A model generated the notes under the pieces. The model was given only the letters and a program-made list of their open reading frames with translations, did no database searches and was not told where the DNA came from. From Prevotella phage Lak-C1: DNA of 32,000 nt. Location: sequence record MK250029.1. One strand, 5' to 3'. Shown one piece after another: positions 8,925 to 19,078 of this stretch. Position 1 is the first letter of the stretch. Each line of letters begins with the position of its first letter. The position numbers and the translations under genes are program-made.

Positions 8925-11075
8925 TTAAGACTAGTATTCTACTTTTCCTTCATAAAGAGTTGATTGATTTGAATCATTATTATCACTATCAGTTACTATT
9001 GCAAAATATCTATCTGTTGATGATACTTTCATAATTCTCCTAACATTTTCTTCTGATATATAAAATACTATCTAACCTATTCCTAAATTAAGTGCATTAC
9101 TATCTGCATTCGGTTTAATCTTTACTTTATTACCGTCATTAGATGGAAATACCAGATAGTATCTATATGGACCTGTTAAATCATATGGAATTCGTATATT
9201 ATCTTCATTTAAATTATATAATCTGAATACATAATTTGTAGACGAATGTTTTAATTTTAATGTCATCTAACCTTGTGTATAGATATTACTATCATTCATA
9301 TCTTTAATGGTGATATTTGTTGCATCATAGTAACTTCTTATAATCTTTGGTTGTGATTCTTTATATGTTACTGTTTGCTTAACATCTTCTTTCTTTATTT
9401 GATTAACAACTTTATATGTTACAACATTATTTATAATAGTTTTACTTGTATAATATTTTGCAACATTCTATTCAGGAATAGTCATTGTTGCAGTTCTAAT
9501 AGCTTCAACACTTGTTAATCTGTTTATTAATCTACATGTATATGAAATACTAATAGAATTACATTTCATATTATTTCTTATTTGTGGTTTAGGTGTATAT
9601 TTACATTTCCAAAATGAGCCTTCTATATCTTTATTATGTTTTGAATAATCGATTATATTAGTAAAACTTTCTATTGACTCTATTGTATCAGTTTTCCCAT
9701 CACTTTCTAATAATCTTGTATTCGGTATATAATTATATGTAACAGTAACTTCATTATAAATAATCCATTTTGCAGCATTATCACCATATGTCTATACAAA
9801 TGAATCAATATCTACATTAGATAAATTATCATAAAACGCTTCAGAAACCAATGGAATCTCATTATATTCTATTCTTCTCATAATATCATCTGAAAGCTCA
9901 ACTACATTATTTCCTTCGCCATATACTGGATAATATACAATTTCTTTATTATCAATATCCTCATATATTCTTATATTGAAGTAATCAGAATTCGATTTAT
10001 ACTTTATAGCAATCTGATTTATTGGATCTTGATGGAATGTACTTGCATATATATTAGGATCTGTTGATGTAAGATTACCTTCTGAAACTGTTGCAAAATT
10101 TATAATTAATGTAGGATCACTCAATATCTCATATACTAATGTACGTTGTGTATTATCATTTGGTATTTTTCCATAATTTAGTATATGATCATTTTCATCT
10201 TTAATTAATTCACCATGTCCATATTTACTTTCTACTGATAATTTTAAATGATTTAATGACATATAATATGCGGATGGTACAAAAAATTCTATATATCTAT
10301 CATAAAAACAACCATTCTGATATATTGGAGATTTATGCCAATGAACAGCATCTGAAAGAATAGTCAAACATTCTTTAGGGAAAAATATATCAAGAAGATA
10401 AAAATCTGTATAATTCTATGACAATTTTTCAACCTCTGTTTGTTTTGCTCCATTCTAATATGCATACTATACTGCAGTTGGATTATCATTTGCAGTTACA
10501 ACATTATTATCATCTATCAATATAGATTCAGCTTCAAATATAGGATTATGATATTCATCATACATTTTATATGTATTACTATTTTGATACATTTTCTAAG
10601 AAGGTGCTAAATATCCTGCATTCGTTTTTACTTGTAATGTTATACCAGCTAATCTATCTAATGTAAAACCATATATAAAATGTAATCTGATTTTATCATA
10701 ATGCATTTTACCACCTTTATGTTCTGTATATGTATCTACATGATCCACAATATTTAATAAAGAATCATTACTATATTTGCCATCTTGCTATTTTTTTAAA
10801 CCAACAAATGTATATTCTGACATTGATTCATCTGGGAACTTAATAAAATACTAAGCTTTAGAATATCTATACTTTTCTGAATCATCCTCATTTAGTTTCT
10901 ACTACTTATCTGAATTCCGCTTATCTGTATAATATATATTACCATCTTTACCTATATATACTGTATAATCTATTGATTTTTCATCAGGTTCACCACCATT
11001 TGCATCATACTAATTAGCTACATATTCTAACATTATCTGATTAGTAACCTAATAAAACTTTGATAATTCTGCCAT
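8925..11075 (-). CDS. Large structural/baseplate-like hypothetical protein, 716 aa, about 15 in-frame TAG including a tandem TAG TAG
   Basis: Single frame of 717 codons from ATG 11073-11075 to TAA 8925-8927. Track ORFs 9792..10367 and 9072..9266 are both in this frame. MAELSKFY(TAG)VTNQIMLEYVAN(TAG)YDANGGEPDEKSIDYTVYIGKDG…. Confidence 0.85.
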
Positions 11076-11134
11076 CTTTCTTTATTACTTATTAATTGTA
11101 AATTATTTATTAATGATATTTCACCATATCAATT

Positions 11135-11896
11135 TTAGAATTGAATTATTCCATATGAAATGCCAATACCAATATATGGTGTTAACTTCAAATCTTTACT
11201 TAAACCATATCCTATTGTAGGACCTATAGACCATTTTTTCTGTTTATAATATTTCTTCAAATATTTAAATTTTGATGGGTCAAACATAACACCATCCATA
11301 TTACTGATAGAAATATATGGATTATCTGTTCTACCTATTAATCTAATTCCAGATTTATCTTCAATAATATCTAATGTTAAATTTGTATTCATAGTAAATT
11401 GATCTATATGTGCAGAGAATGATGAAAAGTTTTTTCTGACATCTGTTCCACCAGTAACTGCATAATATCCTTTTGGTTCATCAATATGCCATTTTAAATT
11501 ATATATAGAATCACCATGTATAATTGTATCAGACTATGCATATACAGTATCAATTTTTGTATGCATCTTTGTCTATGTAATTACTAAAGGATTATCTTTT
11601 AATGATTTTAATTCCTATGCTAATTCACAATTCTGATTTTGTAAATCTTTTATATTCTGTACATAGATTTTTTTTGATACATATAAATTCTTTAATTTAT
11701 TCTTGTAAATTTCTAATGAATCACTATTATATATTACCAATGGTGGTTTAATTGATTTTGATTCATAATGTCGATATTTCATGTAACATACACATGAAAT
11801 CATTACAAATAAGATAATAACATAATCTTTAAATGTTAATTTCTTATATAACCATATAAAAATATTTTTTATGGTATCTAATATCTTGGTTATCAT
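11135..11896 (-). CDS. Membrane-anchored protein with C-terminal beta-strand-rich tail, 253 aa, 3 in-frame TAG
   Basis: Track ORFs 11615..11896 and 11135..11392 join in frame. N-term TM (YVIILFVMISCVCYM), middle coiled segment, C-term KKWSIGPTIGYGLSKDLKLTPYIGIGISYGIIQF. Confidence 0.8.
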
Positions 11897-11924
11897 AATA
11901 TTATAAATTATTTTTAAATTTACT

Positions 11925-12030
11925 AAAAAATATTTCTCAAAAATGTAGACTTTTTCTCAAAACCTTAGTATAATAAATATGTTAGTATTTAAGGTTGAGA
12001 TAGATATTATATATAATATAGAAAAAATTT
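11925..12030 (+). repeat. Promoter/leader direct repeat copy 1
   Basis: TAGACT (11947-11952)-17 bp-TATAAT (11970-11975), then AAATATGTTAGTATTTAAGGTTGAGATAGATATTATATATAATATAGAAAAAATT. Confidence 0.8.
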
Positions 12031-12103
12031 AATCTTTAAGAAATAATTTTAAATATTTATTTTTATTATAATTTATATATGATTTTTAATAAATATTTTT
12101 TTT

Positions 12104-12210
12104 AAAAATATTTCTTTAAAATCTAGACTTTTTTGAAGAACTTAAGTATAATAAATATGTTAATATTTAAGGTTGAGATAGATATTATATATAATATAGA
12201 AAAAATTATT
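12104..12210 (+). repeat. Promoter/leader direct repeat copy 2
   Basis: TAGACT (12124-12129)-17 bp-TATAAT (12147-12152), same downstream block. Confidence 0.8.
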
Positions 12211-12346
12211 TTTAATTCAGATTTAAATTTATGTAATTTAGATCTGAATTTTTATTTTATATATTAATATATTATTTAGAATTTGTATAAATTAACATAT
12301 AAATAATATTGATAATCAGTTATTTATAAATTATTTTTAAAAACCA

Positions 12347-12452
12347 TTAAAAATATTTTATAAATAAGTAGACTTTTTCTGGAAAGCTTAGTATAATAAA
12401 TATGTTAGTATTTAAGGTTGTGATAGATTTATATATAATATATGAAAAAATT
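12347..12452 (+). repeat. Promoter/leader direct repeat copy 3
   Basis: TAGACT (12369-12374)-17 bp-TATAAT (12392-12397), same downstream block with a compensated indel pair. Confidence 0.8.
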
Positions 12453-12575
12453 AAATATTAATCTTTTTCTTTGGTTCTTTCTTTTTTGAAGGTAGATCCT
12501 TTCAGAGATAAATATTATTTGAATATGAAGATTCCTTTCAGAATTATAGAAATAATGAAAATATTATATAATAGA

Positions 12576-12612
12576 AAAAGAGATATGTTTTTGAATGACA
12601 TATCTCTTTTTT
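12576..12612. terminator. Bidirectional terminator
   Basis: AAAAGAGATATG…CATATCTCTTTT + T-run. Confidence 0.85.
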
Positions 12613-12617
12613 CATAC

Positions 12618-13847
12618 TTATTTCATTTCTTCTTTAATCTGCATCATTCGTAGATTAAATAAAATTTCATTAAGTTTATTTTCATCAACAGAATCAGGAA
12701 TAGTTGAATGTTTCATAATTTCATACATTTCTTCTTTTTCTTTATCTGCTAATTTAATTAATTCATCATATTCATATTTATGGTTTCTAATATTCATTAG
12801 AAAATCATGATCTTCTGTTCTATAAAGATTCATTCCTTTTCCTGAAGCTATTTCCTTTGCCATATGAATAAGACGAAAACTATGCATCATATTTTTTGCA
12901 TCATAGTTTTTATTCAAATTTGATTCATAACGAACTGGATTTCTATTTTGTTCCCATTCTTTATATTCTTTATATCTTCTACAATGATCCTGAAATCCAT
13001 CTACATTATATGATATATAACAAAAAGGCATATCATTTTTATCATCGATAGAAGATAAACGAAGTTGTGTTGTATTTGAAACAATTTCAGTTGTTAATCC
13101 TCTATAATGAATAATAGGTTCATCATCAATATTTGGAAATCTATAAATTCTATCAGGATTGAGTTTCTTTCTTGTATTAATTAAAAGTTCTCGATCTTCT
13201 GGATGTTCATTTAAATGTCTTCCATAATCATAATAACAACCATAAATATATTGCATATGATTTATATTACATAAACCACAATATTCTGTATGCAAACCAT
13301 AATCATTTAGAAATGTTAAAATATTAGTTGAACCCTGACGTCTGAAAGTATATGTAAAATCAAGCGGTGTTTTTCGCTCTTTAATAGGATTTACAATTTT
13401 CTTATTAAGACCTCTCGCTTTATAAATTTGAGATTCAGCATACTTATAGAATGATATAAAACATTGTTTAGTCAAAAACATATCTCTATGCTCTCTAAGA
13501 TATTTCATAATAGGATGAACTTCACCTATAATAAAATTATCATCTACAAATAAAGCTTCAAGAATATTAGGATTTGCCTTTACAAGTAATGATATAAATT
13601 TATTAAGTTCATACCATTTATTATCATTCTTTGAATCTGCGATTTCTTCTTTGTATGTATTATAACCAAGAAGTTCTTTAATTGAACAAATGTAAATTCC
13701 ACCTGAATCAATATCCGAAGTTGGCGTTGAAAGACCATAGCTGGTACTTCCTCTCACATATTCTATAAGAAGTCTTCCATCATTTCTAATTTTATCGAAT
13801 TCAGGAATTCCAACTGTTTCTGTTTTAAAATTCTTATATGATTTCAT
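12618..13847 (-). CDS. Nucleotidyltransferase, COG3541/YcgL-like, 409 aa
   Basis: YVRGSTSYGLSTPTSDIDSGGIYI motif; no in-frame TAG. Confidence 0.75.
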   Translation of the reverse strand: MKSYKNFKTETVGIPEFDKIRNDGRLLIEYVRGSTSYGLSTPTSDIDSGGIYICSIKELLGYNTYKEEIADSKNDNKWYELNKFISLLVKANPNILEALFVDDNFIIGEVHPIMKYLREHRDMFLTKQCFISFYKYAESQIYKARGLNKKIVNPIKERKTPLDFTYTFRRQGSTNILTFLNDYGLHTEYCGLCNINHMQYIYGCYYDYGRHLNEHPEDRELLINTRKKLNPDRIYRFPNIDDEPIIHYRGLTTEIVSNTTQLRLSSIDDKNDMPFCYISYNVDGFQDHCRRYKEYKEWEQNRNPVRYESNLNKNYDAKNMMHSFRLIHMAKEIASGKGMNLYRTEDHDFLMNIRNHKYEYDELIKLADKEKEEMYEIMKHSTIPDSVDENKLNEILFNLRMMQIKEEMK

Positions 13848-13858
13848 ATTTTATAATT

Positions 13859-14485
13859 TTATTTCTTTTCTCTATCTCTGACGGCTTTAAATAATGCGGT
13901 TGCCCATGTTTCAAGATCTGATGGATCAACTGGAATAATATCTCTTGTTAACCATTGTTCTTCTGACATTCCTTCAATATTAATAAAATTATCATGCTTC
14001 AGATTTTTAACAACATCTTCTGAATGTGTAATAACAAGAATACCATAATTATTTTTCAATATATCAGGAAATTTTTCATTCAGCATGTTACATACACCTG
14101 TTTGAACCTCACGAGACATTCCGATTTCTAATTCATCTATAACTATGAATTTATTTTTAGCATGTGATAACATACCATTCAAAAGATTTATAGTTGAATC
14201 AGACGTTGAGCACCAAGGAAGATCATGATTCATATCAGAAAGTGCACTATATTCAGGTCTACTTTCCGTTCTTGTCTGCATAGAAACACTAATAACAGCT
14301 TTATTTGCAGAAATATCTTTTTTATTTGAGATATAAAAAGCCAACTGTTTTCTGATAAGAGATTTTCCTAATGCATTACCACCAGTTAAAATAGTTATTT
14401 TATCTACTGGAATACTATCACATATATCAAGTATATGATTTATATGCTTATTTAATGTTTCTTCTGATGTATCTTTATAATTCAT
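13859..14485 (-). CDS. AAA/ABC-type ATPase, 208 aa
   Basis: Walker A-like ILTGGNALGKS; Walker B-like NKFIVIDELEIG; ILVITHSEDVV (switch His). Confidence 0.75.
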   Translation of the reverse strand: MNYKDTSEETLNKHINHILDICDSIPVDKITILTGGNALGKSLIRKQLAFYISNKKDISANKAVISVSMQTRTESRPEYSALSDMNHDLPWCSTSDSTINLLNGMLSHAKNKFIVIDELEIGMSREVQTGVCNMLNEKFPDILKNNYGILVITHSEDVVKNLKHDNFINIEGMSEEQWLTRDIIPVDPSDLETWATALFKAVRDREKK

Positions 14486-14531
14486 ATCATTATTATCTTT
14501 ATTGTATCTTCATATATGTGATTATTTGGTT

Positions 14532-15131
14532 TTATGGAACATAAAGCAGTGTAATTCCATCACTATGAATGTCTATAGATTTGAATGTCTTTCTAAATTC
14601 ATTCATATCAAAACCGGTTGTTAATAGATGACAACCATTTTTTGTAGGAACACTCATACGTACTTTTCTAAGTACATATGTTGGCTGAAGATTATTAATT
14701 GTAGAAACTACATCATTATAATCATCTGAACCAATATCAATACCATCAAGATCTACAAGATATAGTTTATCATTACCATCTTGCTTTCCACATACGCCAC
14801 ATGCTGAATTAAGAGATTTTGACATATGCTTCCAATTACCCTTTCTGATTTCCTGTGTAATAAGAGAAATCTGTTCAAGCATAACAGATTGTGCATCAAG
14901 ACAATTCATCTTAATATATGCACGTGCATTATGCATATTACACAATTCAATAATACGTTTTTCGAGTTTCTCATATTGTTCAACACTGAAAACATAAAAG
15001 CTTTCAATAGGAATTGAATATGCTTTCATTTCCGGGTTTTCCTTCTTTCTCTTCAAAATCTGAATGAAATAAAATGAGCGTTCATTTTGAAACTCAAGAT
15101 GATTCTTAATAAGTTCGAAATTGTTTACCAT
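14532..15131 (-). CDS. Hypothetical protein, 199 aa
   Basis: Intact ORF in co-directional cluster. Confidence 0.7.
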   Translation of the reverse strand: MVNNFELIKNHLEFQNERSFYFIQILKRKKENPEMKAYSIPIESFYVFSVEQYEKLEKRIIELCNMHNARAYIKMNCLDAQSVMLEQISLITQEIRKGNWKHMSKSLNSACGVCGKQDGNDKLYLVDLDGIDIGSDDYNDVVSTINNLQPTYVLRKVRMSVPTKNGCHLLTTGFDMNEFRKTFKSIDIHSDGITLLYVP

Positions 15132-15132
15132 A

Positions 15133-15423
15133 TTATTTTTTATATTTAGAAAGTTCTTCTTTTAATCTGTTAATCTCATTTACCATATTATAGTATTCCT
15201 TATATGGTATAATTTTAAGTTTACCTTGATTTGACTTTGTTGTAAATTTCTCTGTTTCAAGTCTGAAATGACTATTCACACGTTCTGCTTCTGCTGATGC
15301 ATCTCTCTCATTTTCATTTAAAAATAAGCGGACTTTTTTTACATCTGCAACAGCTGTACTTTGATAATCGGTATCCCAATCATTATGAATGTAAGTATCG
15401 ATTGCTACATATCCATATACCAT
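15133..15423 (-). CDS. Hypothetical protein, 96 aa
   Basis: Intact ORF 39 nt downstream of a TATCTTTG promoter. Confidence 0.7.
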   Translation of the reverse strand: MVYGYVAIDTYIHNDWDTDYQSTAVADVKKVRLFLNENERDASAEAERVNSHFRLETEKFTTKSNQGKLKIIPYKEYYNMVNEINRLKEELSKYKK

Positions 15424-15461
15424 ATTATTTCTTATTTAATTATTATTGTTATTAACTAATA

Positions 15462-15494
15462 CAAAGATACATATTTTCCATGAAATAAAAAAAT
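15462..15494 (-). promoter_or_regulatory. Bacteroidota-type promoter copy A: ATTTTTTTATTT-N13-TATCTTTG
   Basis: Plus-strand CAAAGATA-N13-AAATAAAAAAAT; one of four identically spaced copies. Confidence 0.8.
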
Positions 15495-15516
15495 AATATA
15501 TATAAAAAATAAATAT

Positions 15517-15591
15517 TTCTCCTGTATCGCATTATTTTTAACTTACCTTAATACTTTACTATATAAGATATTTGGATGCGATACAGAAGAA
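15517..15591. repeat. Inverted repeat, 16-nt arms, 43-nt loop
   Basis: TTCTCCTGTATCGCAT (15517-15532) versus ATGCGATACAGAAGAA (15576-15591), 15/16 complementary. Confidence 0.8.
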
Positions 15592-15605
15592 ATATGATAT
15601 GAAAT

Positions 15606-15917
15606 TTAAGATTCTATGTCATCATCGTCATCATCTACTTTAGATGTATCAACTAATTTGACATTATCAGTATTCATAATTGCAATAGTGTGAGGTTCTC
15701 TAAAATTACGACCTTTATAATTTGAATCATATTCACAAATAACAGGTTCTGTATTTTTATCTCGTGTGAATCTATTAGGCATAAAACATGGATCAATTCG
15801 TACTTTACCTGATGGCATAAATCCAACTACAACTCCTACACGAGCCTCTGCATAACCTGGGTCACCATATGCCACAAAATCTCCAATTTTAATTTCTCTA
15901 TCTAAAATATCCTTCAT
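15606..15917 (-). CDS. Hypothetical protein with acidic tail, 103 aa
   Basis: Intact ORF; C-term DDDDDDIES. Confidence 0.65.
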   Translation of the reverse strand: MKDILDREIKIGDFVAYGDPGYAEARVGVVVGFMPSGKVRIDPCFMPNRFTRDKNTEPVICEYDSNYKGRNFREPHTIAIMNTDNVKLVDTSKVDDDDDDIES

Positions 15918-15944
15918 ATAAAAATAATTTAAAAAATATTAAAA

Positions 15945-15994
15945 AATACAAACAAACACTGTGCTTTTCCATATAATTAATGTTTGTTTGTATT
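15945..15994. terminator. Hairpin AATACAAACAAACA…TGTTTGTTTGTATT (terminator or regulatory)
   Basis: 14-bp perfect inverted repeat in the intergenic gap. Confidence 0.6.
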
Positions 15995-16044
15995 AAATGT
16001 TTCTAATCTAAAAATATAATATTAAATTTAAGGTAATAAGGTAT

Positions 16045-16407
16045 TTAAGAAATTTCATATTTATATTCTACCGTAAACTCAGATGATTCATAATCATTAT
16101 CTAGTTTATCCCAACAATAAGGATTATCTGCAAAATCATCTGCTAAATGATGTTTACAATATGAATCTTTTAATGTTTCATTTGGAAGAATAATATTAAT
16201 TCTTACATTATTTTCATCATCTGTATGTTGTACATACAAATATGAACCAGTTTCTTTATGCATATAAAGAAGATTATTATACCATGATATATTATCACAA
16301 TATACAAGTTCCTTTCGATTAATGATAATATTTGTACCTGCAGGATAATCATTACCATTAATTAGTGCTCTAAGTAACTTAGCTAATGTTATAGTATTCA
16401 TAATCAA
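16045..16407 (-). CDS. Hypothetical protein, 120 aa
   Basis: Intact ORF. Confidence 0.65.
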   Translation of the reverse strand: MIMNTITLAKLLRALINGNDYPAGTNIIINRKELVYCDNISWYNNLLYMHKETGSYLYVQHTDDENNVRINIILPNETLKDSYCKHHLADDFADNPYCWDKLDNDYESSEFTVEYKYEIS

Positions 16408-16415
16408 TTATTATT

Positions 16416-16634
16416 TTAACAATATTCAGATGCTTCATGTTCAGCATTATCATAACCATCATTATATGCTAAACCATAAATTTCAGAAACAATATTTGCT
16501 ATTTTATCAATATCTGTTTCTTTAATTTTTAATTTTGATAACAATGGTAACATCTCTTTATGAAACTTATCAGATGCCTCACATTTACCAAAGAAGTCAC
16601 CAGAACCGATATAATATGTTTTATTTTTATTCAT
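16416..16634 (-). CDS. Hypothetical protein, 72 aa
   Basis: Intact ORF 31 nt from promoter copy B. Confidence 0.65.
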   Translation of the reverse strand: MNKNKTYYIGSGDFFGKCEASDKFHKEMLPLLSKLKIKETDIDKIANIVSEIYGLAYNDGYDNAEHEASEYC

Positions 16635-16664
16635 AATTTATTTTATCTTTATTAATTTACATAA

Positions 16665-16697
16665 CAAAGATACACATATTTTATGAAATAAAAAAAT
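16665..16697 (-). promoter_or_regulatory. Promoter copy B: ATTTTTTTATTT-N13-TATCTTTG
   Basis: As copy A, same 13-nt spacing. Confidence 0.8.
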
Positions 16698-16909
16698 TAA
16701 ATGATAGAATCATCTTCATCTTGTTCAACTTTATATGTATATCTTGGGTCAAATGGTTCTGCATAATTAAGATCTACACACATTACATATATCATAATAA
16801 ATGGAAATGGAATAATTAAACCGAGATAATATAGTATCTGCTGCAAACGGTAAATCAATACATCATTCCATTTGTACTTCTGTTTGTCCTTTGTTTTTAT
16901 TAGTCTCAT
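16697..16909 (-). CDS. Small membrane protein, 70 aa
   Basis: Intact ORF; hydrophobic YYLGLIIPFPFIMIYVM. Confidence 0.6.
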   Translation of the reverse strand: MRLIKTKDKQKYKWNDVLIYRLQQILYYLGLIIPFPFIMIYVMCVDLNYAEPFDPRYTYKVEQDEDDSII

Positions 16910-17213
16910 TTTCTTCTTTCATCTTTTTCATTGCTACAAATATCTCACATAATGATGCAAGTTGATTTTCATGATCATGTTCAAATGATATAAATTCTCG
17001 GCATTCTTTTTCTTTAATATCAGGAAACATATAAGAAGGTATTTCACCACCTAATTGTCTGGAAAGTTCCCATTTCCCTGTTGAATTATTAAATATAGGA
17101 GTATCATAAAATACATGAAGTTTTCCATATAGTTCTAATTCATCATGAAATTTAGGATGTTCACCGCGTTCATCACGTGCTAAATAAATTGATAGAACTT
17201 TATTTTTACTCAT
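16863..17213 (-). CDS. Hypothetical protein, 116 aa
   Basis: Intact ORF. Confidence 0.65.
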   Translation of the reverse strand: MSKNKVLSIYLARDERGEHPKFHDELELYGKLHVFYDTPIFNNSTGKWELSRQLGGEIPSYMFPDIKEKECREFISFEHDHENQLASLCEIFVAMKKMKEENETNKNKGQTEVQME

Positions 17214-17220
17214 AATTGTA

Positions 17221-17487
17221 TTATTTTAGTTTACGACCACAAATTGGACAATAATTGATATTTAATTCAACATCAAAATCATAACTATATGCATTTGATT
17301 TATGATGCATTATTAATGTATTTGTATCTGTATTGATATGCATAGATGAAAAATCGTCATCAGAAATTATATCAAGTTGTGTTATATCTATATTATCAAC
17401 TTTCTTATATTTCGGCAATCCTCTGCGACTATAACCATCAAATACTTCTTTAAGACCAATCTTAGTCTTTTCACAATATTTACACAT
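17221..17487 (-). CDS. Small zinc-ribbon-like protein, 88 aa
   Basis: CKYCEK…NYCPICGRKLK paired CxxC motifs. Confidence 0.65.
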   Translation of the reverse strand: MCKYCEKTKIGLKEVFDGYSRRGLPKYKKVDNIDITQLDIISDDDFSSMHINTDTNTLIMHHKSNAYSYDFDVELNINYCPICGRKLK

Positions 17488-17497
17488 TACTTATAAA

Positions 17498-17869
17498 TTA
17501 TTTAGTCCAACCATAAATATACCCATATGTATTTCTACATACATCTGAATATTTTGTATCTATAATTTTATGATAATTTATAAAATCATTGTCTGATATA
17601 TATTCTGTTTCATACCAAAAATTACAATCATTTCCATCACTACACTGATAATGATGTTCAATCATATTTTTATCTGAATTCCATTTTAATGAATCACCAT
17701 AATTATATAAAGTTTTATTTGTTTCCTTTAAATAAGAAACAATTTCTTCCCATGCTTTGAAACCTTTTGTTTTCCAAAACATTTCTTCTTCTTTTTTCTG
17801 CTGAATCTTTACTTTCTCTTCTTCTCGATCAAAAGATTCCTTAAGCTGTGATAAAATAATATTATCCAT
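17498..17869 (-). CDS. Hypothetical protein, 123 aa
   Basis: Intact ORF overlapping the upstream gene by 8 bp. Confidence 0.65.
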   Translation of the reverse strand: MDNIILSQLKESFDREEEKVKIQQKKEEEMFWKTKGFKAWEEIVSYLKETNKTLYNYGDSLKWNSDKNMIEHHYQCSDGNDCNFWYETEYISDNDFINYHKIIDTKYSDVCRNTYGYIYGWTK

Positions 17870-18071
17870 TTGTTACATTTTTAGATTCAACAATAAAACC
17901 GTTTCCGATTTCTCTTGCAACACGAGATGCATACTCAATGTTATTGTAAATTCCGTAATACCAGTTACCATCAGGACATTCCCTTGCAACTGTATATCTA
18001 TAATCATTAATATATTCAGAAAATCTTGCTGGAAGATTCTTAATAATATGTCTTGGATCAATATTTGCCAT
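17862..18071 (-). CDS. Hypothetical protein, 69 aa
   Basis: Intact ORF 30 nt from promoter copy C. Confidence 0.65.
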   Translation of the reverse strand: MANIDPRHIIKNLPARFSEYINDYRYTVARECPDGNWYYGIYNNIEYASRVAREIGNGFIVESKNVTNG

Positions 18072-18100
18072 AATTTTATATTTTTAAATTTTTTATATTA

Positions 18101-18134
18101 CAAAGATACACATTTGTTTTTAAATAAAAAAATT
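18101..18134 (-). promoter_or_regulatory. Promoter copy C: T-rich block-N13-TATCTTTG
   Basis: As copy A, same 13-nt spacing. Confidence 0.8.
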
Positions 18135-19074
18135 ATTCTGGAAAAACTTCTATATTTTTTAAATTCCTAAAATCTGATACATTATATTTTAATGTTAACT
18201 TAATCACATTTCCATATAATACGCAGTTACCTCTTGATATTTCTACATTTCTTGAACTTTGACAAAATATTCCAGCACCATCATTATATCGTTCACATCT
18301 AATTAATCTTGCATGTTCACGTAATGCTTTATCAGAATATAAACAATTTACAGTATTACCTAAATTATCTCTTAATATAAATGAGAAATAACCTAATCTT
18401 GTAATTGTGTTTACTGCTTCATTAAATTTATTAATCTGAAATTTAACATACTCATTTGACATATCATAATGTTTGTATGCATCGGACAATGCTTTATTAT
18501 ATACATTTTGAAATGTATTTTGTTGTATAATATTATCTGTACATTTAATACTAATATTAAGAATTACTTTATTTCCATATATAACTGGTTCATCAACATC
18601 CAATTTATAATTATAACATTGTGTTGAAATATCTGTAAGTTTCTCTAATACATGATTGAATGAAATATGTACACTTTCATTATTAGAACCTGTTACTTCA
18701 TTATTTGCTATTAATGAAGAACCATTTATGGAAACAGATGAACCATGATTATTAACATATTTGTTTAACTTATCAACAGATACAATAACATTCAGTTTAA
18801 TTGTTTTTGTTGATTCATTATATTCTATTTCTTTATATGACTTAATATAACCATTTGTGATCATTACAGTTTCATCTGTAAATAAGTCTTCTGTATTAAT
18901 TGATGAACGTGATGATATATAAGTTCCATATGCATCTGCAAGAGCAAATCTCAATGCAGATAAAGTAGCTTCTTGCTTATTCTTACCAGTACCGCAAGAT
19001 TTTACCAAAACATCATTACAATAACAATTAATACATGTTATATAAAGAAATAAAAATATAATGAATCGTTTCAT
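18133..19074 (-). CDS. Exported LPP20/FlgT-like protein, 313 aa
   Basis: Signal peptide MKRFIIFLFLYITCINCYC; SCGTGKNKQEATLSALRFALADAYGTYISS. Confidence 0.65.
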   Translation of the reverse strand: MKRFIIFLFLYITCINCYCNDVLVKSCGTGKNKQEATLSALRFALADAYGTYISSRSSINTEDLFTDETVMITNGYIKSYKEIEYNESTKTIKLNVIVSVDKLNKYVNNHGSSVSINGSSLIANNEVTGSNNESVHISFNHVLEKLTDISTQCYNYKLDVDEPVIYGNKVILNISIKCTDNIIQQNTFQNVYNKALSDAYKHYDMSNEYVKFQINKFNEAVNTITRLGYFSFILRDNLGNTVNCLYSDKALREHARLIRCERYNDGAGIFCQSSRNVEISRGNCVLYGNVIKLTLKYNVSDFRNLKNIEVFPE

Positions 19075-19078
19075 AACT

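Noticed and set aside
11925-12452. CRISPR array
   Set aside because: Only three long unevenly spaced repeats (offsets 177 and 245 nt) with promoter-like content, and no Cas genes in the window.
12471-12810. ORFs 12471..12653 and 12595..12810 (+)
   Set aside because: The first runs through the terminator hairpin and the second is antisense to the COG3541-like gene.
14826-15017. ORF 14826..15017 (+)
   Set aside because: Antisense to the 199-aa minus-strand CDS.
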